Assembly: GCA_041650295.1 (NCBI GenBank)
Contig: JBAZLM010000007.1
Coordinates: forward strand, 1-56,259
Reading direction: 5' to 3'
Source of the DNA: Candidatus Omnitrophota bacterium
GTDB taxonomy: Bacteria; Omnitrophota; Gorgyraeia; Gygaellales; Profunditerraquicolaceae
Length of the DNA stretch: 56,259 nt
Shown here: positions 1 to 8,885 of the stretch, piece after piece
Numbering within the stretch: position 1 is the first letter of the stretch
Layout of the letters: the number at the start of each line of letters is the position of its first letter
Notes under the pieces: model-generated
Database searches by the model: none
What the model was told of the DNA's origin: nothing
What the model saw: only the letters and a program-made list of their open reading frames with translations
Made by a program: the position numbers and the translations under genes

Positions 1-2
1 CA

Positions 3-821
3 TTATTTATCCCCAACAAACTCTTTTATTTTATCGACGATGCCCATAAACGCCGTGGTAGATTTTGATTTCTCCTGAAATGAAACAAATGGCGTTCCCC
101 GGTCGCCAAATTCAACAAAATTCGGCTGGAATGGCACTCGTCCTAAAAACGGAACTTTTAACGCCTGCGCAGCCCTTTCTCCGCCACCTTTTTTAAAAAT
201 ATCTATTTCCCCCTGGCAATGCGGACAAACCAACCCGCTCATATTTTCAATGATACCGACGACCGGGATTTTTATCTCTTGCGCAAATAATACGCTTTTA
301 CGCGCATCTAAAACAGCCACATCCTGCGGCGTAGTAACAATAATAATTCCACTAGCGTTAGGAATAAACTGACAAACGCTTAACGGCTCATCTCCAGTGC
401 CCGGTGGAGAATCGATAACCAAATAATCCAAATCTCCCCAATTCACATCACTCAAGAACTGTCGAATGACCGCAGTTTTAGCAGGCCCACGCCAGATTAT
501 CGGTTGATCGGGATGATGTCCAGAAAGAGCGATGCTCACCGCTTTAAGATTATCGCTAACAGAAACAGGCTGGATCCCCAGTTCCTGCGAAGCAATAACC
601 TGATCCTCTATGCCCAACATCTTAGCAATGTTGGGACCATGCAAATCAATATCTAAAATACCAACTGTTTTGCCGGAAAGCGAAAGCGCATACGCAAGAT
701 TAACTGCCACGGTAGTTTTGCCTACTCCGCCTTTACCACTCATTACAATAAGCGGATGCTTAATTTTAGACATTTTTTCTTTAAGCTGTTTTTCCTTTTC
801 CAACAAATCTTGTTCGTTCAT
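3..821 (-). CDS. apbC: Mrp/NBP35-family Fe-S cluster carrier ATPase (ApbC-like)
   Basis: 272 aa. Deviant Walker A SGKGGVGKTT and a C-terminal CPHC (CxxC) motif typical of Mrp/NBP35. TAA stop at 3-5. Confidence 0.9.
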   Translation of the reverse strand: MNEQDLLEKEKQLKEKMSKIKHPLIVMSGKGGVGKTTVAVNLAYALSLSGKTVGILDIDLHGPNIAKMLGIEDQVIASQELGIQPVSVSDNLKAVSIALSGHHPDQPIIWRGPAKTAVIRQFLSDVNWGDLDYLVIDSPPGTGDEPLSVCQFIPNASGIIIVTTPQDVAVLDARKSVLFAQEIKIPVVGIIENMSGLVCPHCQGEIDIFKKGGGERAAQALKVPFLGRVPFQPNFVEFGDRGTPFVSFQEKSKSTTAFMGIVDKIKEFVGDK

Positions 822-836
822 TTTCTAATTCCCCTT

Positions 837-1232
837 TTATTTTTTTAATAAATAATCCGCGATAGCCCGATAAAGAGTGCTCACGGAAAGTATTGAACAG
901 TGTAAGTGATCCTTAGGCAAACCTTGCAATTGTTTAATCACCTTACCCGGCGAAATTAACAATGCTTCATCGATAGTTTTACCATAAGCTAAATGCGCAG
1001 TCATCTCCGCGCAGGCCCTAGTAGCAGGACATCCATCAGTATAATATTTAATATCGGTAATGCGCTGATTTTCGATCACCAGATAAAACTCCATCTCGTC
1101 TCCACAAGCTCCTTTTAAATATGATGAGCCTGTAGGGTCGTTCATTCTTCCAAAAAACTTTGCATCATTTAAAAGCTGAATAATCTCTTGGGGATAATCT
1201 AAAAATGCTTCGTTATCATTCTGCTTTTCCAT
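837..1232 (-). CDS. IscU/NifU N-domain-type Fe-S cluster scaffold protein
   Basis: 131 aa with the three conserved Cys motifs GACGDEM, DGCPATRA and LHCSIL. Confidence 0.85.
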   Translation of the reverse strand: MEKQNDNEAFLDYPQEIIQLLNDAKFFGRMNDPTGSSYLKGACGDEMEFYLVIENQRITDIKYYTDGCPATRACAEMTAHLAYGKTIDEALLISPGKVIKQLQGLPKDHLHCSILSVSTLYRAIADYLLKK

Positions 1233-1260
1233 ATCAGCATCCTTTCTAAATTTTCTCTAA

Positions 1261-2259
1261 CTAAGCAGATGCGTATACATTTTTATTTTTCAAACCTATC
1301 TCGTTACAAGCCTCAACCGGCAACTTAGCCTCGCTAATAAATACTTTAAGTTTTCCTAAATGAACGCTTTGGGCGCTATCTTCTTTTGAAAAAAGGTACT
1401 GTTTCTTTAAATCTAGATTTTTAATAATTTCACTCTCCTTGGCGTAAGCCGAAACAAAATTAACGCCGTTTTGGGTTAAGACAAAAACAGGTATTAATTT
1501 CGAAAGCTGCATTAGCGCCAAGGGTCCAACCATCTGGCGCAAATCAAAAGATGCACAACTCCAAACTAAATCAGCATAATCACCGATCATCTTAATCTTA
1601 TCTTTAACAATTCCAGTCGTACATATTGCCAATAAAATTATTTTTACGTTGTTTTCTTTTTCTAATAAACGTAACTTCTTTAAATTCTCAGCCGAATTTC
1701 CACTGACCGTAACAGCGATATTTTTATACCCTGCTTTTATCGCCTGCTTAACCCCTTGGAACTGATCAATAATAGCGTTCTCGGATACTATCCGACAACC
1801 GGCGCTTTTAAGTTTTTCCATAATACTTTTAATTGGCGAAGTTAACAATAAGCTATTCATCCGTGCACCAATTCCTTGCACAATTTCCGGCGCCTCTGTA
1901 ATTACTGTTCCGGCCCCTTCACAAACCACCACCGCCGCATCAATTACATTTTGTCTTAACGCATACATCAGCATCTCTGAAGCCCCATAAGGGATCGCAA
2001 CATCTTCATAGGAAAGCTTGCGCTGCTCAGTAAAAAAACCATAGTCTTTTATTTTTGATTCAATTGCACTTTTAATTGCACTTTTAATTGCTTGATTATC
2101 ACCAACTGCTAAATTGTTAAAACCTTTATACAAATATTTTGCCAAAGGACAAAACTTAAGTGTTGGCTCGGTAATATTAATTACTTTCCCTCCCGATACA
2201 CTCACAAACGAAGAAAAATATTTTAAAACATGAATATCGCGCTTATTTAAAGAGTTCAT
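1261..2259 (-). CDS. Uncharacterised protein, DUF2099-like (methanogenesis-marker-8-like)
   Basis: 332 aa, no signal peptide. Motifs VCEGAGTVIT, VQGIGARM and TSPI recalled from DUF2099 proteins; this assignment is from memory only. Confidence 0.5.
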   Translation of the reverse strand: MNSLNKRDIHVLKYFSSFVSVSGGKVINITEPTLKFCPLAKYLYKGFNNLAVGDNQAIKSAIKSAIESKIKDYGFFTEQRKLSYEDVAIPYGASEMLMYALRQNVIDAAVVVCEGAGTVITEAPEIVQGIGARMNSLLLTSPIKSIMEKLKSAGCRIVSENAIIDQFQGVKQAIKAGYKNIAVTVSGNSAENLKKLRLLEKENNVKIILLAICTTGIVKDKIKMIGDYADLVWSCASFDLRQMVGPLALMQLSKLIPVFVLTQNGVNFVSAYAKESEIIKNLDLKKQYLFSKEDSAQSVHLGKLKVFISEAKLPVEACNEIGLKNKNVYASA

Positions 2260-2262
2260 AAT

Positions 2263-3114
2263 TTAAACTTGTAGTTTTTCCCAAATGCAACGAATCTCAT
2301 CTTTAACCGGCGTATCTTTATATTCCATAATCGTTAAGCCTTTAACCATAGATTCAACCACCGCTTTATCAAACCTGACTTTTCCGATCAAGGCAATACC
2401 GTTTTTTGCGCAATGATCTTCTATCTTTTCCGACATCTGAGGGTTTAAATCATACTTATTAATTACTAAGCGCGAAGGAACATTAAAATGTTTGGTTACC
2501 TCTATAACCCTTAAAGCATCATGTAGACCGGAAAGCGTAGGCTCAGTAACTACTACCGCACAATCAATTCCCGAAAGCGAAGCAATCACCGGACAGCCTA
2601 TACCTGGAGCGCCATCAATAATAACTCCATCGCAACTAAGTTTTAACGCTAATTCTTTTGCCTGCTTGCGGACCAAAGAAACAAGTTTTCCTGAATTTTC
2701 TTCAGCAATACCAAGTTTAGCGTGCACCATCGAACCAAACCGGGTTTGAGAGATAAACCACTCTCCGGCGACATTCTCTTGCATCTTTATCGCTTGCACC
2801 GGGCAAATGTGACTACAAAAACCACACCCTTCACAAGCAACAGGATCAACCGTAAAACTGTCGCTAATCGCATTAAATCTACAAACCACAATACATTTAC
2901 CGCACTGCTGACAAATTTTTTTATCAATCGCTGCACTTAAACCACTTCTAAATTCTTGACGAAATTTAATTTTTGGCTGCAACAACAAATGTAAATCAGC
3001 CGCGTCAACATCGCAATCAGCCATAACATAATTCTTGGCTAAAGCCGCAAACGCCCCAGTAATTACCGTTTTACCTGTACCGCCTTTTCCGCTAATCACG
3101 ACAATTTGTTTCAT
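2263..3114 (-). CDS. MinD/CooC-type P-loop ATPase with inserted 2x[4Fe-4S] ferredoxin domain
   Basis: 283 aa. P-loop GKGGTGKT plus CQQCGKCIVVC and CEGCGFCSHICP. Its ATG overlaps the upstream TGA (ATGA). Confidence 0.85.
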   Translation of the reverse strand: MKQIVVISGKGGTGKTVITGAFAALAKNYVMADCDVDAADLHLLLQPKIKFRQEFRSGLSAAIDKKICQQCGKCIVVCRFNAISDSFTVDPVACEGCGFCSHICPVQAIKMQENVAGEWFISQTRFGSMVHAKLGIAEENSGKLVSLVRKQAKELALKLSCDGVIIDGAPGIGCPVIASLSGIDCAVVVTEPTLSGLHDALRVIEVTKHFNVPSRLVINKYDLNPQMSEKIEDHCAKNGIALIGKVRFDKAVVESMVKGLTIMEYKDTPVKDEIRCIWEKLQV

Positions 3115-3470
3115 TTTTTATCCATTAACTCCTGATGTAAAAATTCAGCCGCTTTGGATACACAAAGTAAACAGCTATTCTTCCGGTCAGTCTTTATCTC
3201 TTTACAAGTTAACGCCCCAAAATGCTTTAAAAAAATTTGTTCGCACTCTCCTACCTTATCAGGAGATTTTAGATCCAAAATATGCAAAGCCGCATATAAA
3301 GCTCCGCAATAACCCTTTGGAGCATTGCCTCTTCCGCTTCCTGCGTGACTTTCCAATATATCCACTGGCAATTCAAATAAATCCGCACAAGCTTTAACTA
3401 CCGCTTGGGCGCAATTATAACGCAAACCGCTTTTACCTAAAAAATTATCCTGAGCTTTTTTAATTAACAT
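3111..3470 (-). CDS. C_GCAxxG_C_C family putative redox protein
   Basis: 119 aa with NCAQAV and GYCGAL motifs. The TGA stop overlaps the next ATG. Confidence 0.7.
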   Translation of the reverse strand: MLIKKAQDNFLGKSGLRYNCAQAVVKACADLFELPVDILESHAGSGRGNAPKGYCGALYAALHILDLKSPDKVGECEQIFLKHFGALTCKEIKTDRKNSCLLCVSKAAEFLHQELMDKK

Positions 3471-3482
3471 AAAATTTAATTT

Positions 3483-4343
3483 TTACTTAATCAGATTATT
3501 GATTCGCACAAACATATCCCTAAATTCTTTAATTAAGTCGGGCAAAACGCTCACCATCGTTTCCCCGCAAGAATAAGCTTTAGCAATATCTCGGCTAAAC
3601 GGTATGCGCATTAATATTTGAATATTTTCCTGTTTACAATATTCTTCGGTTTTATTATTCCCTAAATCCGCACGATTAATCACTACTCCAAAAGGAATCT
3701 TTAGTTTTCTTAAAACTTCAACCGCTAAAATTAAATCATTTAAACCAAAAGGCGTAGGTTCAGTAACTAATATACAAAAATCGCTTCCCTTAACAGAAGT
3801 AACTACCGGACAAGAGGTGCCCGGAGGAGCGTCGATAATCACGGTTTTTTTAGGATTAATATGCTCTTTAACCTGACGGATAAGCGGCGGCGACATTGCT
3901 TCGCCGATATTAAGCAAACCGTGAATAAATTCTATTTTTCCGCAATCGCCTATCTCCACAACTCCGATTTCTCGATTTACTTCTTTGATCGCTTTTTGGG
4001 GACATAGCGCGCTGCAGGCGCCGCAACCATGACACAATTGCGCAAAAACTAAGGTGCTCCCTTTTTTATTATCCTGACCTGGAAGCACCGCTATGGCATT
4101 ATAAACACAGACCTTGGCGCATTTGCCGCAATAAACACATTTACTTTCATCAATCTCAGGGACCGGAATATACGCCTTCTTCTTTTCTTTTATCTGAGGC
4201 TTAAGAAAAATATGCGCATTAGGCTCTTCTACATCACAATCAAGAAACTGCACCCCGTTAGAAATATCAAGGGATAACGCCAAATTAACCGCAATCGTAG
4301 TTTTGCCTGTACCGCCTTTACCGCTAGCAACTGAAATGATCAT
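3483..4343 (-). CDS. MinD/CooC-type P-loop ATPase with inserted 2x[4Fe-4S] ferredoxin domain (paralogue)
   Basis: 286 aa. P-loop GKGGTGKTT plus CVYCGKCAKVC and CHGCGACSALCP. Confidence 0.85.
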   Translation of the reverse strand: MIISVASGKGGTGKTTIAVNLALSLDISNGVQFLDCDVEEPNAHIFLKPQIKEKKKAYIPVPEIDESKCVYCGKCAKVCVYNAIAVLPGQDNKKGSTLVFAQLCHGCGACSALCPQKAIKEVNREIGVVEIGDCGKIEFIHGLLNIGEAMSPPLIRQVKEHINPKKTVIIDAPPGTSCPVVTSVKGSDFCILVTEPTPFGLNDLILAVEVLRKLKIPFGVVINRADLGNNKTEEYCKQENIQILMRIPFSRDIAKAYSCGETMVSVLPDLIKEFRDMFVRINNLIK

Positions 4344-4349
4344 TGATTT

Positions 4350-4955
4350 TTAAGTTTTACTCGCAATTAATACTTGCTGATACACGCTTTGTGCACTTTT
4401 AACTAAAAAAGACTTTTCTTTTAAATAATCTTGAGCATCTATTAATTTAATCTTGCCCGTTTCATGCTGATTACCTTCCAGGGCATGAATCTTATCCATA
4501 ATTTTAAAACCTTCTTCAGTAAAATCCGCTAAAATTAATTTTCCGGTTGGCGAAAGCAGCCTGATAAACTCATCCAGCACTTGATAAGGATTACGCAGAT
4601 GGTGTAAAACATTTACCGAAAAAACATTATCAAAACTATGATCAGAAAAACTAGTATGCTCGCCGTTTTCAATCCTAAAATCTACCTGCTTTGAAAAACC
4701 AAAATGCGCTATATTTAATTTTGCAAAACGCTGCTCCACTGCGGATATATCAAAAGTGACAAAAGAATACCCCGCCTTAGCTAAAGCCAGCGCAAAGTTT
4801 CCTTTACCGGTTCCGGCTTCCAGAATTGTTCCAAAAAGAGGCTTAGCCTGTTGGAGAATAAAATCTCTTTCATCCTCTATATCATAACCGAAACTTTGAT
4901 AAAGCTTTTTTCTCTCTAAGTATACTTTATGATTCTCAACAATTTCCTTATCCAA
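4350..4955 (-). CDS. Class I SAM-dependent methyltransferase
   Basis: 201 aa. Motif I LEAGTGKGNF. TTG start with an AAGGA RBS, 10 nt after the upstream stop. Confidence 0.8.
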   Translation of the reverse strand: MDKEIVENHKVYLERKKLYQSFGYDIEDERDFILQQAKPLFGTILEAGTGKGNFALALAKAGYSFVTFDISAVEQRFAKLNIAHFGFSKQVDFRIENGEHTSFSDHSFDNVFSVNVLHHLRNPYQVLDEFIRLLSPTGKLILADFTEEGFKIMDKIHALEGNQHETGKIKLIDAQDYLKEKSFLVKSAQSVYQQVLIASKT

Positions 4956-4965
4956 AGCCTAATCC

Positions 4966-5166
4966 TTATTCTCTAATCATCATTATTCCACACTTGGGAC
5001 AATTTACTGAAGCACACGGTATGCCGGCTTGATGTACAACCTTTGTTCCACAAGCAGGGCAAACACAATTTCCTCCTGGTCCTATGCCTTGACGATTGCC
5101 ACAACCATTTCCTTTTCCCATTCTTGGACCTTGACCCAAAGGACCTGTTCCATCTTTTCCTGGCAT
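4966..5166 (-). CDS. Small DUF5320-like protein with C-terminal zinc ribbon
   Basis: Trimmed to ATG 5166 (AGGAG 8 nt upstream). Gly-rich N-terminus MPGKDGTGPLGQGP resembles the 6078-6443 paralogue. CVCPACG...CPKCG ribbon at the C-terminus. Confidence 0.6.
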   Translation of the reverse strand: MPGKDGTGPLGQGPRMGKGNGCGNRQGIGPGGNCVCPACGTKVVHQAGIPCASVNCPKCGIMMIRE

Positions 5167-5204
5167 ATTAAGGCTCCTTTCATCTTTCAACTAACAATAT
5201 ATCC

Positions 5205-5585
5205 TTAATTACTTTTTTTATTCGGAATTCCGGAATGCGAACCTACACTCGGGCCAGTAACAGCCTTAAATTCCCCTTTTTTATATTTTTCAACCGCTTC
5301 CTTTATAGTACCCGAAGCGTTAGTAAAAATCTCTATTCCCGCAGCTTGCAAGGTCTGAAAAGCATTCGGGCCAACATTTCCCGTAAGCACAGCCTTAACT
5401 TGTTTTGTCGCAACCAACTGCGCAGATTGAATACCTGCTCCCCCCATCGAATCAATATTCGGATTTTCAATAGCTTCAAATTCTAAAGTGTCGGTATCCA
5501 CCACAATAAAATATTTACATCTGCCAAAACGTGGATCAACTTTAGAATCTAAAGTAGTACTCTCTGCAGTAATACATATTTTCAT
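5205..5585 (-). CDS. NifB/NifX/NafY-like (Nitro_FeMo-Co domain) cluster-binding protein
   Basis: Trimmed to ATG 5585 (AGGAGG RBS). MKICITAES...DPRFGRCKYF pattern of the dinitrogenase FeMo-cofactor-binding domain. Confidence 0.85.
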   Translation of the reverse strand: MKICITAESTTLDSKVDPRFGRCKYFIVVDTDTLEFEAIENPNIDSMGGAGIQSAQLVATKQVKAVLTGNVGPNAFQTLQAAGIEIFTNASGTIKEAVEKYKKGEFKAVTGPSVGSHSGIPNKKSN

Positions 5586-5599
5586 AATCTTAAACCTCC

Positions 5600-5998
5600 T
5601 TAATGATCGCAATCCTCTTTATGCGGATGGTCGCATTCAGTCTTATCTAAACCATAGCCTTTACCTGCTCCTGGGTTGCAAAGACTCTCTGCGCTTTTTA
5701 AAGTACCTTTTTTTAACTCTTCGATTACTTCATCGATCTTTCCGCTTATTCCCACGATTGTTTTTATACCATATTCATCAAAGAATGAAGTTGCTCTCAT
5801 TCCCATACCACCAGCAACAATACAATTAACGCCTTTCTGATTTAAAAATTCCGGAATCGCCCCCGGCTGATGCCCTGGGTTCGCTACCTCTATTCTCTTA
5901 ACCGCCTTGCCATTTTCAATATCAACGAGAGTAAAAGTCGGACATCGACCAAAATGGGCAGATACAAATTCTCCATCTGTAGATATAGCTACACGCAT
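5600..5998 (-). CDS. NifB/NifX/NafY-like (Nitro_FeMo-Co domain) cluster-binding protein (paralogue)
   Basis: ATG 5998 with an AAGGAG RBS. MRVAISTDG...HFGRCP pattern. Cys/His-rich C-terminal tail (CDHPHKEDCDH). Confidence 0.85.
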   Translation of the reverse strand: MRVAISTDGEFVSAHFGRCPTFTLVDIENGKAVKRIEVANPGHQPGAIPEFLNQKGVNCIVAGGMGMRATSFFDEYGIKTIVGISGKIDEVIEELKKGTLKSAESLCNPGAGKGYGLDKTECDHPHKEDCDH

Positions 5999-6077
5999 AA
6001 TCACTCCTTTTTAATAAATTACTATAAGGGATAAAGACTTAAATTATCCCTCATATCGGTTATTTACCTCTTCCAAC

Positions 6078-6443
6078 CTAAACTTTTTCTAATGTCTCAA
6101 TGCGACTGTGAAGATCCTCAAGCTGCTTTTTTATAACCTCCGCTTGGTTTTTCAAAATCTCTGCCTCCTGCTTCGGAGTCATTTCTGAAGCATAAGGATA
6201 AACTCCGCCGAACGCAGGTATCTCCATTGCGGTTCTTTGCCGGCCAGTAAGTCCGGTAGCATAAAACCAATTTCTTTTACCTCTACCGCCGCCGCGGCCA
6301 AAGTACCCTCTTCCTAACCCAGCAAAACCTTGTCCAGGTATAGAATTCGCATAACCAGGCGAAGAATAACCAGCGCAAAAACCCGCCGCTCTTCCAGTCA
6401 TCGGGCCTAAACCCATAGGTCCACTTCCATCTCCTCTAGGCAT
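6078..6443 (-). CDS. DUF5320 family protein
   Basis: 121 aa. MPRGDGSGPMGLGPMTGR Gly-rich N-terminus and a C-terminal coiled coil. Strong G-rich RBS. Confidence 0.7.
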   Translation of the reverse strand: MPRGDGSGPMGLGPMTGRAAGFCAGYSSPGYANSIPGQGFAGLGRGYFGRGGGRGKRNWFYATGLTGRQRTAMEIPAFGGVYPYASEMTPKQEAEILKNQAEVIKKQLEDLHSRIETLEKV

Positions 6444-6466
6444 ATCAAATACCCCCCTTTCCTGTA

Positions 6467-6943
6467 TTATTTATTTTTCCCACTACATGCCTGACATAAA
6501 CCATAAAACTGTATAAGATGATTAGTAATTTTAAACTTATATTTTTGCTCTAACCCCTTCTCTGTCTGGTTAAGCAGTTCAATTTCATCATCAATAAAAT
6601 CAGTATAATCAATCACTTTATTACATTGCGTACAAACCAAATGATGGTGGTGATGTATACCTTTGGGCCCTTCGGCAAACTCGTAACGATATCTGCCATC
6701 ACCAAAATCAAGCTTATAGACCATTCCTAAATCCGATAATACATCTAACATGCGATAAACCGTAGTCAGGCCGACATTAGGATATTTTGCATGAATTTTC
6801 AGATAAATATCTTCAGCACTTAAATGGCCTTCAGACTTAGAGAGAATATCAAGAATTGCTTGCCGGCCCAAGGTAAGCCGATATCCGCAACCCTGAAACT
6901 TTCCATGCCACCAACCTTGTCGCTGACAATTACCTCTTAACAT
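6467..6943 (-). CDS. fur: Fur-family metalloregulator (Fur/Zur/PerR type not resolved)
   Basis: 158 aa. Winged-helix N-domain, HHHHHLVCTQC and CQAC metal-site motifs. Confidence 0.9.
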   Translation of the reverse strand: MLRGNCQRQGWWHGKFQGCGYRLTLGRQAILDILSKSEGHLSAEDIYLKIHAKYPNVGLTTVYRMLDVLSDLGMVYKLDFGDGRYRYEFAEGPKGIHHHHHLVCTQCNKVIDYTDFIDDEIELLNQTEKGLEQKYKFKITNHLIQFYGLCQACSGKNK

Positions 6944-6977
6944 TTATTACTTTCTGCTTACCCTAAGTAAGCTTATT

Positions 6978-6996
6978 GGAAATGGTTTCCATTATC
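6978..6996 (-). promoter_or_regulatory. Fur-box-like operator overlapping the fur transcription start
   Basis: Minus-strand GATAATGGAAACCATTTCC matches 13 of 19 positions of the classical GATAATGATAATCATTATC. It contains the inverted repeat TGGAAA-N3-TTTCCA and lies directly downstream of the -10. Confidence 0.45.
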
Positions 6997-6997
6997 A

Positions 6998-7026
6998 ATA
7001 ATACCGTAAATTACTATTCTTGTCAA
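6998..7026 (-). promoter_or_regulatory. sigma70-type promoter of the fur operon
   Basis: Perfect -35 TTGACA (7021-7026), 17-nt spacer, -10 TATTAT (6998-7003), about 55 nt upstream of the fur ATG. Confidence 0.5.
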
Positions 7027-7051
7027 GCTTTTTTAATAAAAATACTTTATA

Positions 7052-7231
7052 TTAAATGAGTTTTCGTCTCTTGGCCAAGTAATAAATATTACATCCAGGA
7101 CAAATTCGACCCCAGGCAGAAACTATTTTTACAAACCTTGACTGCGGATATTTACGCGAGATTACACAAAAAGGACAGAACTTATGTATAAAAGAAAAAA
7201 ATACTAAGCATTTATTAACAATTCTTTTCAT
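7052..7231 (-). CDS. Possible 59-aa basic zinc-ribbon protein (below the ORF-track cutoff)
   Basis: My translation: MKRIVNKCLVFFSFIHKFCPFCVISRKYPQSRFVKIVSAWGRICPGCNIYYLAKRRKLI. CPFC...CPGC pair, same strand as all neighbours, weak purine-rich RBS. Confidence 0.3.
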   Translation of the reverse strand: MKRIVNKCLVFFSFIHKFCPFCVISRKYPQSRFVKIVSAWGRICPGCNIYYLAKRRKLI

Positions 7232-7268
7232 CTTCTCTTTTTTGACGATTTTACATCAAACAACAAAT

Positions 7269-7625
7269 TTATTTAATTATCATATACCCGGCAACTACCA
7301 ATAAACAAAATCCAAAAACTTTACGTAAGACCACCTCAGGAAAACCAATAGCCAGCTTTGCCCCAAAATACCCTCCCAACACAAAACCTAAACAAATTAA
7401 ACCCGCCACCGGAAAATTCACATGCCCTTGTTTATAATAAGCCCAAACCGCAAGCAATCCTATTGGTGGGATTAACATTGCTAAAGTTGTACCTTGCGCC
7501 GCATGTTGAGAAAAACCGAAAATATAGATAAGACACGGTACAACAATAATGCCGCCACCTATCCCAATTAATCCACTAGCCAAGCCTGCGATTACTCCCA
7601 AAACTATATATAATATCTGCATCAT
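7269..7625 (-). CDS. Half-size (4-TM) TauE/SafE (TSUP) family membrane transporter
   Basis: 118 aa, four hydrophobic helices, GIGGGIIVVP motif. About half the usual TSUP length. Confidence 0.75.
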   Translation of the reverse strand: MMQILYIVLGVIAGLASGLIGIGGGIIVVPCLIYIFGFSQHAAQGTTLAMLIPPIGLLAVWAYYKQGHVNFPVAGLICLGFVLGGYFGAKLAIGFPEVVLRKVFGFCLLVVAGYMIIK

Positions 7626-7669
7626 TTATAATCCCAAATTACATTCTCAGCTTCTAACCCTCTTAATTC

Positions 7670-8884
7670 TTAATTCAGATAAACCACATCTTCAGGATGA
7701 TACAATGAAAGGAACAACAGCATATAATCTCTTAGGTGTCGTGTAATTAAAAAATTATTTTTTATATGTTCTCTCCCATTCTCTCCTAACTTATTAGCAT
7801 ATGCCGGGCTACTTAAAAGCTGCTTTATGGCAAAACTAGCTCCTTGAACCGAATGGCAAAGCAATCCGGAATACTTATGCTTTATCTGTAAAGGAATTCC
7901 GCCAACATTAGAGGCCACAACGGGTTTTCCTTTCCATAAAGCCTCGGCAACCGTTAAGCCAAATCCTTCCCTGATGGATTTTTGAATAATTACATCAGAG
8001 GCCCTCTGTAACGCATTAACTTCAATATCATTCTGAGATAATAATAAAATGTGAATATCCGGATCTTGTTTAGCTTTTTCTTTAACTTCCGCTAAAACCT
8101 TAGCTCCTTGCGGATCATCATCTGCGGACCCTCCCGCCAAGACTAATTGACAGTTAGTATACTTCTTTACTTGCAAATATGCTTCAATTACGCCCACCGG
8201 ATCCTTAAGGCGGTCGAAGCGAGAGATTTGCGTAATCATTGGCTTATCTTTTTTAAGATCGTATTTTCTCAAAACCGCATCAATAACTTCTTGCGGCAGA
8301 TCTTTATTTTTATCACTTAAAGGGTCAATCGAGGGAGGAATTAAAAACTGCCGTATCGGCAATTTCCGCGAGAATGATGGTGCAGAAAATACCGCTGAAT
8401 CATATTTGCTAATAAAATCCATAAGAAAGCGCCAAACTTTTTCATTAGGACTAGATACATCAACATGACAGCGCCAAAGCCATTTATTATCCGCTTTTTT
8501 ATTTACTAAAACAATCGGTTGTGGATCATGTATAAAAACTATATCGCCATATACATTTAAATCTTTAATGTTTTGCTGGCTGGTCTCCATAAATATTTCA
8601 AAATCTCTTTTAACTATATCCTCATTCCTGCCATGCAAAGCATTATGAAATTTTTTTGTTACACCAAAAAATTGCTCTCCTCCTTTTATTACATCCCATT
8701 TTGTATCTACTCCTAATTCTATTAATAGTGGTACCATACGATTTAATATCTCCGCCACACCCCCTCCTACAGGAGTAGAATTTATATGCTGGACAACTTT
8801 TTTATCTAACCGTTGTCCCAACAACTTTAAATCATCGATAACCGCCTGCCCAACTAAGGGAATATATTCTTCTATTTTTGCCAT
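7670..8884 (-). CDS. treT: Trehalose glycosyltransferring synthase TreT-like GT4 glycosyltransferase
   Basis: 404 aa. Long colinear similarity to recalled archaeal TreT: NSTPVGGGVAEIL, WLWRCHVD, PPSIDPLSDKN, ITQISRFD, REGFGLTVAEALWKGKPV. Confidence 0.8.
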   Translation of the reverse strand: MAKIEEYIPLVGQAVIDDLKLLGQRLDKKVVQHINSTPVGGGVAEILNRMVPLLIELGVDTKWDVIKGGEQFFGVTKKFHNALHGRNEDIVKRDFEIFMETSQQNIKDLNVYGDIVFIHDPQPIVLVNKKADNKWLWRCHVDVSSPNEKVWRFLMDFISKYDSAVFSAPSFSRKLPIRQFLIPPSIDPLSDKNKDLPQEVIDAVLRKYDLKKDKPMITQISRFDRLKDPVGVIEAYLQVKKYTNCQLVLAGGSADDDPQGAKVLAEVKEKAKQDPDIHILLLSQNDIEVNALQRASDVIIQKSIREGFGLTVAEALWKGKPVVASNVGGIPLQIKHKYSGLLCHSVQGASFAIKQLLSSPAYANKLGENGREHIKNNFLITRHLRDYMLLFLSLYHPEDVVYLN

Positions 8885-8885
8885 T

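Noticed and set aside
2062-2091. A 12-bp tandem repeat (AATTGCACTTTT, 2.5 copies) inside the DUF2099-like gene, encoding AIKSAIKSAI.
   Set aside because: It is a small in-frame slippage duplication in a helical segment, with no sign of wider significance.
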